A stretch of 58,196 nt of DNA, counting the filler, from Platydemus manokwari (lineage: Eukaryota), in NCBI GenBank assembly GCA_037951405.1. It is 5 parts of 5 records of this genome, joined end to end, with 100 filler letters (N's around TTAATTAATTAA, not from the genome) between each part and the next. Parts side by side here need not be neighbours in the genome. Positions count along the whole stretch, not along the records: positions 23,476 to 34,121 come from JBBMOY011116997.1; positions 34,222 to 44,708 come from JBBMOY011130218.1; 3 more parts are not named here. One strand, 5' to 3'. The notes under the pieces are model-generated. The model was not told the DNA's origin. It searched no databases and saw only the letters and a list, made by a program, of their open reading frames with translations. Shown here piece after piece: positions 23,590-37,076 of the stretch; the stretch's first letter is position 1; each line of letters starts with the position of its first letter. The position numbers were made by a program, and so were the translations under genes.

Positions 23590-26050
23590 TTTGGTGCAGT
23601 TCATTGCGATTTTGTTGATTAGTTATTGTGATAGGCCAAGTATTCGCAAAATTAGATCATTGGATTTCACCCATGCCCCCATCACTCCAACTATAAATGT
23701 ATATTTAGGTCTTTTCTTTTCATCGTCATCTCGAAGAGTTAAGTACTTTTCCAGGTTCTTGTAATTTGTTTCTTTGATCAGTGTTGGTTCGCCATTGGCA
23801 TTTGATGTCTATCAATATAATGATAGATTTCAGTCCAATGACCATCTGCAGGTCTACACGCAGATTTGAATTAGTGAATTGGAATTTCTGGTCAATATAT
23901 AATCAATATTCTGTGCTGTTGACCACATAGTTTGCTACGATTTTCATAACTTGATCGTAACTGAATGTTTTGTAAGAATTGGAGGCTAACACAATTGTAA
24001 ATATGTGAGTTTGTAACTCTATTTATTAGGGACGCTTCCTGTATGCCATCTCATTCATAAACTTCTTTCTGAGTGTTGGTAGAGTGTCTGCTTTCGCTTT
24101 GTTGATGAATTGAAGCTCTCCTATAGTCAGGTAACCATGGAAGACTATCTTACTCCACTTTGGGCTTATCGTACCGCTGAAGTTATTATAACACCTGATT
24201 CGTATGTATTCATTCCATTGTATCTGATACGACTGAATGAAGCACCTTCTTAATAGTTTGGAAGCTCCCTCTCTTCGGTTCTACAGTTGCCTACCTATTG
24301 TAGTTAACTCCATTAAAATAAATCCTCTGGTCGATTCGAAACAACAGAGAATTATTGACTATTTCGAATTTAAGATTGGTGTTGAGTTTCGAGTTGTCAA
24401 AGTATTTAAATTAGAGAAAATGTTTAATGTCTTCTGTATTATTGGTTACCAAGGTCTTGCTTAGAAGGGGTTCTAAAATCAGGAATTTTCAGCATAGCAC
24501 TTTCTTTCTGAGAACAATCATGTGCCTTTCGGAGAAAAGTAGGTGATCATCTTAGTATTTATTTGTTAATTATTTTATCCGGAATCGTAATTGTTTGTGG
24601 TTAATTTTGGCTCGTATGGCATCAACGTTAATATAATCAATACAGAGTTTACTAGAAGTATTTGCTGCGTATGCGCAAGTTAGAGGCCCACAAACACCAT
24701 TTTTGGATTGGCATTGTCTGGATTGGTATTTGCTTGGAGCACTGAATATTGAATGGGTCCAACGTTCACATTGTTTGATTGTATTGATCAATATACTAGC
24801 TTTAGATATATAGTTTACTCCTTCAGTACGACCACATCAATTGTTACTAAGGACTTCCTTTGATTGGCTAATTTTCGGAATTAAATTTACCTCTCTCCTA
24901 TTGATCGGAGTTATTGGAATCATTATTGGTGTTGAGGTTTTGATACCTTCGCTTCAACTTGCAAACAAGTCACTATTTTTTATGCTTCTGCTCTGACTTG
25001 TTGTGAGATCAATTCTCTCCGTGCTCATATTTATTGTGTTATTAGAACTGAACAAGTTGCCTCACTCATCGATTTGTCTTTTGGATTTGGTTAGTTCTTT
25101 TGAGATCTCTTTTTCGGAATTGATGATTATCGATTTATTTGATCATTTGTCCGAATCAACACTATCCTTGAATATTTCTAGTTTTTTAATGAGATCTTCT
25201 ACAGATATTTCAATCTCAAATACTTTATCTTGGGAGGTTATTACTTTTTCAGTTGCAACAGGGACTACTTCTTTTCTTTCTCTCTTTTCTCCCGAGTCTC
25301 ATCTGTGATCCTCGGTCCAATTACTTTGAGGATTGCATTTCACAGTTGTCACACTTGGTTTTGATATGGATTGTATTTGATTGTTCGAGGTTCATGATCA
25401 ATGATTTGTTAGGATATTTGACTTTCTTCCTTTCAATCTTTCTTTGCCCATTTTCCGTATTGTTATTGATAGTTATTTTCATCTTCTCTGTTTTTTCGAC
25501 TTTCCTTTGGGTCTTCCTTTCCGGTTTTGAAGTCTTGTTCTTCTTTCTCCATTTTCTCGTCTTGACCATCTGGAACCTTTCGCAACCCATTGAAGTGGGT
25601 TTTCAGTATCTTATTGTATTGAGATTTTGGTTATTGTTCTTGGTTACAGGTTTTTTGACCATATCAGCATAAGATAGGGGTATGACAATTGGTCTTGACA
25701 GTGCTCTGGATTTGTGTTCATTGACAGCTGGATTGGGTTTTTGTTGTCTTTGACGTTATTCATTTGGGACCGTAATAAGTTTGTTAATCTCTTGGTCTTT
25801 ATCATATTGGTCATTCTGAAAATTTTGCTCATTTTGACATCTCGGACCTCATTTTTAGAAGCGTGGAGCTACCCTATTCGAGTATATCTTGAAACCTGTC
25901 ATCCTTATAGGAGTACTCATAATTATCGTGGTTGCCTCCCCTACCCGTAAAACTTTGGTTTTTCCCGCTAGGCATCTTTAGATTTTCTACCCAAATAAAA
26001 ATCGAGATTTTCGTAAAATTCTTTAGAGCATATTAGGTAGAATTGTAGCA
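23590..26050 (-). mobile_element. Decayed RLE-type non-LTR retrotransposon (NeSL/R5-like) with Ulp1-like protease motif; RT core absent
   Basis: 3' part: GYLTIGELQFINKAKADTLPT, a decayed Zn knuckle (THIYNC), RP.., LIDIKCQW and FIVGVMGAWVKSNDLILRILGL, i.e. a restriction-like endonuclease tail. Upstream is QSKNGVCGPLTCAYA (Ulp1-like catalytic Cys motif) and a long Lys/Asn/Glu-rich N-terminal region. Boundaries are approximate. Confidence 0.78.
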
Positions 26051-27542
26051 GACAGAATTAGAAAATATATAACAACACAGTCGGTTTTTATACTGGTCAA
26101 TCTGATTAACAATGGTCTGTCCTCAAGTCAATATAATTCCGTTATCAAATCAGAGTTAAAATTATGAAAATAATCGTTTACATAATAACTGATCATAAAT
26201 ATTTTTTATCCAAACAATGTTGTCATTATTATCTGTTTCAGAAACAGTTTTGTCTATCACTAGATTTAATTAAAATTTTCAAATAAAATTTTCGTTGTAC
26301 AATATTTATTCCGATTGAAGTTGCTTCATTGTAAAATTTCAATGAAAATCTCGTATAGGCGTCTTACTAATATTTGATCAATCTTCATTCTCCAACATTC
26401 TGCATAAGTTCCGTTTACTAAAGATAGACAAATTACAAAAATGCTGGTAAAATTTATTACGAAATACATGTGAAATGTTAAATATAGAATGTCAGTTTGA
26501 TAATATTATACAAGCGTATCAAAATACGAACCTAAATTGTATTTAACGCACGAATACCATAATTCATAAATTCAAACAACTATAAACAATATTTATTCTA
26601 CATTAAGTTAATATAACCATTTATCACAAATAATGATATAAGGATAATGTAAACATATGATTACACATCGATCCAATCAATAATTTGTTTATGAAAAATT
26701 TAAATTGCATATATTAGATATAGCCATAAGTACATATTTGTAGAAATATCTCTGTATTGGCTTCCATGAATAAATGTGGTGTAATGTAATATAAAAGGGA
26801 GCAATTTGGAGAATTCTTTAAAAATGTAAAGGCCACTGGTGTCGAAAAGAGAACTTGTAAGCCAATATTTAAAATAAATACTATTAGAATTGCAACAGAT
26901 TGCTAGAAGATACTGGAATTTAAATGTATAATTTATTAATCTAAAATTTTATCAATTTGATAAATTCGATCTAAAATGTTTCTTCGGTAAAGAAGAATAA
27001 AGTGATTCTTGGTTGTGCAGTAAATGAAACTCAGTTGAGCGAGTCTGCCGTTGGAAAATTTGAAAATATTATTTCTAATTATTTAGTGTTCAGGTATTAT
27101 TTAATAAAATGTTTTAATGGAGAAGAAATTAAAGAATAAATTCAAGTTCATTTATTTTAATAATTATAGTTTTATGAAATTTATTACAAATGTTATTAAA
27201 TAGAAATGAAAATTTCACTTAAAAATGAAAATAACGATAATTATTATTGACAAAGTGATGATAATAATAATGATTACAATATCACTTCAATAGTAGTAAT
27301 AATATTAGTAATTTAATTGAAAAATAATAAAAATATTCAAAATGATCATGATCAATACTTTTAAAAGAAATCTAAAGAAAAATAGATCCAATTAATCATA
27401 AATATATAAAACAATTTATTATATAAATCAAATATTAATGAATAATAATAATCAATAGGATCATAATAGATATGATTAATCAATACCATTCAAAGCACAT
27501 AATAAAATAAAGTTCTCTTGAAATATAAATCTAAAAATCAAT

Positions 27543-29135
27543 TTATTCATAAACATCAACAGAGCATTCAATGATTATTGAATTATTTAAGAGCACAGCT
27601 GATTCACTGAGGCTGGAATATGGGAAAATAAATGATTCGAAATTGGAACTGATTTTCGGTTTATCAAATTTGCATTGTTTGGAAATGATTTGAGAGAATT
27701 GTTGGTTAATTTTATTTTTAATTGTAATTGTTATCGTACAATGAAACGGCCAAACAACACTTTCGAGATCATTGCCAGTTGCTAAATAATGTCTGATTCT
27801 CAAGAACGATTTCTCATGACCCCACTGTCCACTGACATAGAAATCCATCCACATTTTGTAAGCATTATCGATTGAACAGAAATGATCACTGTCCAACACC
27901 ACTCCTTTCTTTTTCACTCGACTTACATCACGAATATTCCACACGAATGATGCAATATTTTTCACTTGTTCTTCAATGATGGGATTTGGTGGATTTTGAT
28001 TGGCTGTCGGTGAATTCTGTTCAATTGGTTCCTTGTAACCATGGCAATTATCTTGTGATTTAATTTCGGTCGATTTACTCTAAAAGATCACCAAATCAAA
28101 ACTGGAATTATTTTCAAACAATTCTATTTTCATACCCAAATTTTGGTTAATTTATCAAAACGATTATTAAGTTCCGATTCCAGATTATTCAGATCAACTT
28201 CTATCGATTTCGATGAATCGATAATATCAGTATCTTGCTTATATCGACTGGGAAATAAAACTGGTGCAGATCTTTTTCTATTGGAATTCGTCAATTTTTC
28301 TCGTACATTGTTTAATTTTGATTTGAGAGTCTCATTGAGTTCCTCGATGTCTTTGGCTCGATTCTCTTTGCATCTCTCCAATTCTCTTTCCAATTCGTAA
28401 ATTTTAAATTTTTCAATTTTCAATTCTCCCAATAATTTTTCGATTAGTTCCTAAAATATTCTAATCAATTCGATGTCCAATGAAATATCAATAAATAACC
28501 TGTTTTCTGTCATTCTCTTCGGTATTTCTGTCTAGAGCTTCCGACACTTTTTGTTCAATGATATTTTCAATGTTAAACCGTTCATTTTCTTCGTGGTCTT
28601 TTGCTTTAGTACGTGAACAAAATTCATTCTTCATATTCATTATCCATTCTATTAATAGATTGTTATGACAGTGTATTTCTTCATTTAAATGAACGACAAT
28701 TTGTTCAGTCTTCATTGGCATTGACAAGCATCCTAACTCATCATATGGACAGTACATTTCCTTTTTATTACAAAGCCTCATATGATCACTCATATCAACC
28801 ATGTTACAATGATGATCACAACCATCAAATGGGCACTTAACGGTCAGTCTAGAAACGTTTCTGTTGGCACTATTTGATTTGACGATATTTTCATGAGAAC
28901 AGATATCATTTAATTTACATTCATCACTGGGACCCGGACAAACATTGTCATTATTTTCCAAATATTTGTCGATACATGTTTTGCAATAATTACACCCACA
29001 CAAACCTTCGTATGCGTTGATTAGTAATCGTTTACAAATTACACATGTCACATGGGAATATTGAACCTCGTCCAATTCAAATGAATATTTGGTCATGACG
29101 CTCCACATCCTTTCGAAATTTGATCTAATACTCAT
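27543..29135 (-). CDS. TRAF: TRAF-like protein (RING variant, TRAF zinc finger, coiled coil, MATH), 3 exons: 29135-28500, 28450-28136, 28079-27543, about 495 aa
   Basis: RING CVICK...CGCNYCKTC...CP. TRAF ZnF VKCPFDGC..HMRLC...CPYDELGC..HL...HCHN. MATH FVWNI..LDSDHF..YKM..VVWPF..ITI..IIIECSV. Two phase-0 GT-AG introns of 49 and 56 bp keep the frame. Confidence 0.9.
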
Positions 29136-31029
29136 AATTTTTAAATTCTGAAACAAATGAAACTTGAATGAATGGTTCCGATTTTGTTAAAAAACTAATA
29201 TAATTTCATTATAACCCAATAAACATTTAATAATTAAATAATCCGATTAAACAAATAACTTGTATAAGTATTTGAATAATTATTAAATTTAAAAATAAAT
29301 ATTAATCTGAATATAATCAATGAATAAATTAATTTCAAGGCATTAACTTGTACATAATGTTATGATCTAACACATGATAATTATTCTGGAAACTCTATCA
29401 TCAAATATTAATTGTTTTCTTATATATTTGGTATTTTAATTAATAAAATTCATGGTAAAAATTTCTCCTTTGATGAATGAGATAATAAATCTAAAAAGAA
29501 TATACTACTAATATTATTTCGATATATTATTGTTGGAAATAAATTTATTATGTCATTTATAAAATTATATATTTATGATCAATTACAACAAAAGTTGATT
29601 TAATAAAATTTATTTAATAATGAAAACATTGACACTAAGATCAATAAAATAGCTATATACAAATTATATATTGTATCACGAAAGTGATGTACTCTTAGTA
29701 TCAACTCGACGAATACGAAGACTAAATGGAAACAAACCAATTGGTTATAAAATGAATTGAAATGGCTACGATGACACGATAATTTAAAATCAATGTTAAA
29801 ATTCTAATCATAATACAAATGAATTTGATAATACTAAAGCTGATAAGAATAGAGTATCAACAATTTCATTTTATTACAAATGGTTCCTACTCTGTTGTTG
29901 AAGTTCGATCATCTTAAACACTATCTGTTGCTATTTATAACTCGTTCAATAATGAGTAATATTCGTTTCATCGATTGCTTTGGATTATGCAGCGACTCTT
30001 GTAGTGTAAAATTTTTGGTGTGTTTTGATCATGTTTTTGGTATTATTTTATAGTGGTTTTTAAGATCCACTCACTTTTCATCACTCCTTGTTTAAAATTT
30101 CTTGTTTATGTTGCTTTCACTTTAATTAACTGTATTAAATCGTTGCCACAAAATACAGTAAAATGTTCTTACTTACATCTTTTAGTTTATATTACCTTTA
30201 CCTGTTGCAATATTTCGAAATATCTTATAATATGCTTCCTAAATGAGTTTTAAGACTACTGCAAGAAATACTAAATGATGAATACATACTTTCCATTTAG
30301 ATGTAGTCATAAATTTATTGCATTGATCTTGTGATTACCGTCGAAATTCTCTTTAATTATGTTCAGTGATTATTACTTAACACAATATTGGTGATTTTAG
30401 TTATCGTTGCTTCACCTATGAAATTATTTAATCAAAAATGAACGTGAAAAATAACATAAAGGTAATGTTTGTCACCGGGATCTTATCATTATATTAACAT
30501 GCAATCCAGCGTATAATATTACTACAATGGAATGTTAATGATTAATTGACTTAAAGCAACAAAATTTACTTCCGTATATTTGACTCTGATTATTTTCCGG
30601 AGTGAGTAAATTAGTTCGCTATAATAATTTATTAAGCATGTTTTTATGACTTATGGATGTCTTTTATAATATGATTTTATTTAGTGTCAGTTCCTTTGAT
30701 GTATTATTACACTTCCATTTCATAAATATTTTCGACAAAATTTGTAAATGTTTAATTTAAGTTTGAGCACAACTTTACTTTATTGTAAAAATAACAATTA
30801 ATTAACTATCATTTCACTTTTATTATCATTCATTTTTACTTTAGTATATTTATAATCATTAATTAGTTACAACATTTTAAAATAAATTTAAGTTTAAATT
30901 AAGATGATTTTATTCAAATATATCACATTATTTTTAAAATATAAATTATTTTTATAAAATAATGGACAATAGAAATACCGAACACCGTTTATTAAATCAG
31001 AAAACGTTAGTTTCGAATCATGATCAAGT

Positions 31030-31400
31030 GTTAAATCATAATTGTTAAATCACAAATCAAGTTAATTTTTAGATCACAGATATCTATATTTTCTTTCTCA
31101 GTATCAAAGAAATTCTGAAAATTTGAACTGCGTTGATCATTGCTGGCTTCGATACTTTTACCATTGGTGTTGAGGTGGAACTCAACATTTTGAAAAGCTA
31201 AGTTTTCTGTCGAAGGAATCACAATATTTACGTCTACAACTCCGTGCTGCTCACCACGTCCATTGTTCACAATAAAAAGCAAATTCTCATAATAATGATC
31301 AGCTTCCAACAAGTAGTTGGGCATCTTTGCATTAGTATTTGTATATGAGATTTGTGTGTAATTTTTGCATCACATCTTGATTTGATCTTTTGTTTCTCAA
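31030..31400 (-). repeat. Dispersed repeat family copy 1 (also at about 36090-36480 and 42770-43170)
   Basis: Shares the core aaatcaa(g/a)at(g/a)tgatgcaa...acac..a.atc.c.a.tata...atg.aaa.ATG...aact.c..gttg.aagc with two plus-strand copies. Confidence 0.6.
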
Positions 31401-31821
31401 GTTGTGGCTGACTAATTTCAATCAAGGTGTTTTAATCAATACACAACTACAAAATCTTTTTTATTGTTCGAAAATTTTTTTTTGAATCATTGACATAAAC
31501 ATGTTTACCGATTAATCTTTATTATTATTGTCATTTACCAGTGAAATGTATATATTTTAATATAGTAAATTATTATATCGAGCAATTTGGTTAATTAGGA
31601 TTTCAAATTCTCAATTTACTAATATCGCTTGAATAAAAATTATTCAAAGAAATATGTAATGAAAAGTACTTATATGATAATATTCAAAAATGCGATAAAA
31701 CGAATGAAAATAATTATGATAAATCAATTACAATAAATTCATTATAATAAATCAATATCATATATTTTATAGTATCTATCAAGAAAAAAAATAAAGATGA
31801 ACTCCAATTGATTGCATTAAG

Positions 31822-32678
31822 TCATTTCTTAGTGGTTTTTTCGAAATTAGGCTCACACATTTTAATAATTGGATAGATATTTTCAAATGCTTCGTCGATT
31901 TCACTTTTATGTTTGGCTCCTTTAAATAGAAAATATAAAAATCACCATTTTGAATTATATTTGAAAAAAACCTGTTAAAATAACTTTTCCAGAATTGAAA
32001 ATTAAATTTATCACTCTCGGTTTCGCCATCTTATAGATAACAGCTGGGAAAACTTCTGGCTCGTATCCAGAACACGGATCTAGTTTTGAATGTAAAGCTG
32101 TCAAATTTGGTCGAATCCCTGTATCACAAGATCCGACCACATTTTGTATCTGAAAATCTTTCAAACGAATATTGAATCCTAATTTCTGAATAATTCTTCC
32201 AAATATTCTTGTAGCCGTTTTCGCTTGACTTTCAGTTTTAGCTCCCGTACAAACTATTTTACCCGATGAAAATATCAGTGCTGTCGTTTTCGGAGATCTT
32301 ATTCTCATAATGAGTGCGGAAAATCGTCTTGGATTGTATTCAGCATTTTTTGCTTTCAGAGTGATCTCTTTCAAATTCAGTTTACAACATAGATTGACAG
32401 TGCAAACAATATTTCTAAACCAAGACAAATTTTTAATTAATACAATTATGAATTCGGTCTCACTGAATAGTCGGAACTGGAATGCCAGAAATCTTAGTTA
32501 CTTGTGGAGATTTCAATGGTGGATTTTCTTTTTTCTTTGACAGAAATTCTTGAATAAAAACATTGGATTCTTTTGGAACATTTAAAGCGGGATTTTGATC
32601 AGCGTGATGAAATCTGGGTTGTTTCAAAGATCGAAGAAAATACGGAATTTCGTTATGGGGAAAATGAGGAAAACGCAT
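31822..32678 (-). CDS. TBP: Divergent TATA-binding-protein family member, 3 exons: 32678-32464, 32414-31972, 31919-31822, about 251 aa
   Basis: PTIQ|[70 protein letters not shown] and [12 protein letters not shown]|AK...[10 protein letters not shown]. Introns of 49 and 52 bp keep the frame; the second uses an AAG acceptor. Confidence 0.92.
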
Positions 32679-33615
32679 TGATTGTTGAATAAAAATATTT
32701 TATAAATGAATATCAATGACATTTTACATAAACAAATTAAAATGAAAACAATTAAGGAAAAAGGTGAAGTAAAAAAAATTTATTATAAATTGAGAAATTA
32801 TCACATATTTAGCTTTATTATTCTTGATATCATGATTTTCATTCTAACTATTATATTTATTATTATTTCTATAATAATAATTTTTGTTATCCTAATTATT
32901 ATTAATATTATTATTTACTTAATATTTTACAATTTATCATAAAACAATTATTATAAATTTTATTATTGGAATTGTGAACTATATAATTTTATAAAACATA
33001 TGAATTATAAGACCTTGTTATATGTTATTTCAAATTTAGTTTCTTTTAATTGGTGCTGCGTGAAGGAAGACTTGTCATTTTATAAATAATTAATTAAAGT
33101 GAGTTTAAATTATCAAAAAATAGCACTGCACTGAATTCAAAACAGTTTTGATTTTAGATCATTTATATAAAAGTACTAATGCAAAATACTATCACTATGT
33201 ATAAGAATAATTTTAAAATTTAAACAACCAAATATGAATAACATGGATTCGATTTCATCAAAACAAAATTTAAAAACAAGGAATTGAAGATTTGAAAAGA
33301 ATCTGGAAACACAATATAAAATTCCTGGTATATTAACTTTGTATTCTGTGACACGGCCTCATATTAGAGATCAGTTTTGTACTATGATTATTTATCTATA
33401 TTGGCGACTAAAATTGCGAAAAATTGTTTATTATATTGTCAAACAAAACTGTTCAACTATGTCGTTAATAATCAATATATTATCAAATACTATAATAGTA
33501 TTACAAAAGTATTTAATAACTTCTCATAAAAATTTTAAATAATAATAATTAAATATATTTCTTCGAAATTCAAATTAAAAATCACAGAATTTAACTTGAT
33601 CACATGATTTGTGAA

Positions 33616-33839
33616 TTATTTAAAAATATGTGTTTCCACAAAATCATTAATAGAATTGACAATCAGATTTGGTTTTACAGATGGGTGGTTTTCATCTTGT
33701 GGACTAAAAGTAATTTATAATTCGATTATGGTAAGCAACTTAATCACCGATATTTGCCTGATCGAACCAAAACCCCAAATAATCCAGCTGATTGTGCTCC
33801 TCCAACATCACTAATTATGTCATCACCGATCATAACGGT
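33616..33839 (-). CDS. LHPP: LHPP-like (HAD class IIA) phosphatase, last two exons: 33839-33748 and 33703-33616
   Basis: [31 protein letters not shown]|[22 protein letters not shown]..., i.e. HAD motif IV (GDD) and a D-E-x-H-P-x-V-K tail as in LHPP, with a 44-bp GT-AG intron. HDHD2 is not fully excluded. The 5' exons are lost at the linker. Confidence 0.85.
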
Positions 33840-34121
33840 CTGTATTGCACATAAAAAATATTAAAATTATAATTCTAAGGAATAATATTTCTTACAAAAA
33901 TGCGGTAAATAGTAGAAAATTTATTCTACTTTGAAAATAATAATTGTTTTACAGAATGTAATATTTAATATAAACTTAGATATAAAATAACCTAAGTAAA
34001 TCCAATATGGTAATTTCAAATTCAGTTGGTAATATAAGAGTAATAATAAAAGTAATCATGAATCGAAATTTCAAAATTAAAATGTTTTCTATTATTTGAA
34101 GGATATTATTAAATATATAAC

Positions 34122-34221
34122 NNNNNNNNNNNNNNNNNNNNNNNNNNNNNNNNNNNNNNNNNNNNTTAATTAATTAANNNNNNNNNNNNNNNNNNNNNNN
34201 NNNNNNNNNNNNNNNNNNNNN
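34122..34221. other. Artificial contig linker
   Basis: N44-TTAATTAATTAA-N44. Confidence 0.95.
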
Positions 34222-36089
34222 AAGGCTTGTAAGGAAATGTTTGTCATCATTTGAAGATGAAGATAATGAGTTGTTATCGATTGGTACAAAGTTAAAATTG
34301 ATTCATAAAATGTATTTTGAAAAAGTAGAAGAAATGAAATGTAATAAAATGGAAGAAGTGTGTAGCATTGAAGAATATCCCAATGTTGGATTGCTGATAT
34401 CCATGAGTAGAATTTGAAGATTTTATCTTCATTGAAATGAAATCTGATCGAATTTTATAAGATTCGGAATAATTATTTGTTTATATTTCAAGATTATTTG
34501 TTTGTTTTAATAAATTGTTATTAATTTATTTTTATTTCTTAACAATTATTTAAATTTAAAAATTTGAGGTGTTTTCATTTATTTGAGTAAAGAGTACGTA
34601 AATTGATGGTTCATGTATGATGATGCACAAATTTTATGTCGTATCTTAAATATTTTAAATGCATAATAAAAAATTATTATAATATATATGTATCCTATAT
34701 CTATGTATTCTCAATTCCATGCGAAATGCGTGTATTAACTTCTATGAATTTTTGAAATTAAATTACAGACTTAATTTGAAATTTGGTTCCCTGGATTGTG
34801 TAACTGTCTCTAATAAATCTTTTTAATAAATTCAATTATGAGATATTTTAAATAAATTTAATTTTAAATGAATTAAATTTTTAATTTAAATTTAATTCGA
34901 ATTTAATTATAATAAAGTCATATTTTTATAAAATTAAATTTATTTGTTTAAAGATTTGTAATTTAAGTAGATGATTTTCATTTCTTTTTTAAGATAGTAG
35001 CAGCTATCATCAATTATGCTATTTTTGCGTAGTTTTGTGTTCCTGTTTGGGGTTGCCTTTTTTTATTTGTATTATCAGTCTCTATATTGATTTTATTGTG
35101 ATCAGTCTCTGTGAGCTCTGACCAACCCCTTAAGGTACACAAGTTAAACCTTATCTTATAGTCTCTTCACCTAGCTATCCATACTATATACGTGTACAGT
35201 AACGTTTATTGATGATATAACAACTAATAAAAATGACCTAGACGGCTACAAACTACAAATTCAGGAAGAATACAGTTGCGTACTTCAACTCGAGAAGTAG
35301 AACCTTTAACTCAAGGTGGTTGAGACACAGCTCGATAATAATGATGACGATTTTACACTATGATCTGACTCACTTGATTTAATGGCAAACTTCTTCTTAT
35401 GGTAAATGTATCTTCGTGAAATCGAATTGATGCTTCACGTAAACTAATATCTCCCGATAAAATAGTGGTTCCGTAAAATTAATGGTCGGGTTACGATGTT
35501 TATATCTCTATTTATACTATTTGAGAGTCTGCGCTTTTAATCTCTCAAATTAAAATATTGAATACTATTTTTATGGAAAAATGCCCCTGATTAATTATTT
35601 ATAAAATTCCTTAAAATTTCATATTATAAATCATTTATAAAATCATTTTATATTAAATACATTACAAAATTTATCGCTTCAATGCGATTATAAAATTGGT
35701 ACATAAAAATAAAATTAAAAACCATATCGCTACAATGCGACATAAAATAACATCATGAAATTAATTAAAACCTAATTATAAAAATTATGTACTGTATACA
35801 TTAGTATAATACTTTTATACATTCAATACATAATATTGTCATAATTGTTAGTTTTGTTGAAAACCCAGCATTTATATCAAAAGACTTTATTAACATTTTC
35901 TATTGCGACTTATTTCATCAAATAAATATTAAAGGACTTTTATTAGAATTATTTTTACCCAATAAAATTAAAAACAAATGACAGAATCATTTAAGTGTTA
36001 TTATTAAGTTTTATAACATCAAGTCCGCTTAGATAACTCTTTGGAGAAGATAAGTCGAAATATTGGTAATCTCAAACAAAATTTTACTT

Positions 36090-36480
36090 TAAACACATTA
36101 AATATTGTTGAGTGAGGCGAAATCTCACAAAAGAAAATCTGATTTACAACTTGGAACTTTTGTTTTAGCACTTTAAGTATTTCCATGCTTACACAACCAT
36201 ATAGGCATGACAATCAACCAATCATAATTGAGTTAGATCGAAAACACACACAAAAACGCACACACATGGATTGATCTCTCTCACATACACAAAAAATAAG
36301 ACCAACAGAAGCATAAGAAAGTAGAGATCAAATCAAAATGTGATGCAAATGTGACAAAAATTACACAGATCTCAAGTATAATTACCGATGTAAACATGGT
36401 TAGCTACCAGTTGGAAGCCAAGTTAGATATTGTATTGAGTTTGTACTGATTAGCACATGTGCCAGTTGAAACCCAAGTTT
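36090..36480 (+). repeat. Dispersed repeat family copy 2
   Basis: Colinear with 42770-43170 (gtgag..gaa.t....c.aaagaaaa..ga..t.ca.cttggaac..ttgttt..gca.ttt...tacaca.ccata...caatca.cc.atcata). Confidence 0.65.
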
Positions 36481-37076
36481 TGGCTGTATTTTTGTTATAC
36501 TTTATGTGTCATACTGATTAGTACGCGAGTTAGAAATAAAGCTTGCAATCTTCGATTTTTTATGTCAGCAATTATTTGGTTATTCGGAATTTGCCAAAGT
36601 GCGAAATGAATGATTTTATTTTTCTATAAAATACGTTATGATATATACTTATGAATTTTTTTTATTTTATCTCACCTAGCTATTGTATAATTTGATTTTT
36701 AGGTATTTATGTAACAATTATGTGCAAAACACAATAAATTTGACTGACTAAATTCTTTTGTTTCTAATGATATTTCGAAAATAAGTAAATAAAAATATTG
36801 TTGTATTTATTGGTTAACTATCAGACTGCTTTTTTATTCAAATATGAGATTTTATTGATTGATATTTTAGTCAACTCGATCCTTGTAATAAATATCATTC
36901 CATGAAATGGTAATTATTTAGGGAATTATTTAGTTTATTAATATACTTAATTTTATTGGATGAATTTATTGATTGATTTTGTGAATTTCTATGAAAACAT
37001 GAATTGTTTTGTAGAATTATTCTTGAAACGATTTTCGAGATATTGTATGATGATGAAATTATTTTGCTATCTTCAG

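Noticed and set aside
25003-25950. Hydrophobic plus-strand ORFs resembling membrane proteins
   Set aside because: They are antisense to the Lys/Glu/Asn-rich region of the non-LTR element.
32706-32942. Ile-rich 78-aa ORF
   Set aside because: It arises from low-complexity ATT/TAT sequence.
6071-33839. Functional cluster of an SK channel with a phosphohistidine phosphatase, or an immune cluster of TRAF, the peptide and SRCR
   Set aside because: The genes lie on different segments separated by artificial linkers.
34222-34430. Coding-like segment right of the linker as a missing LHPP or PPM1K exon
   Set aside because: No frame shows HAD or PP2C motifs.
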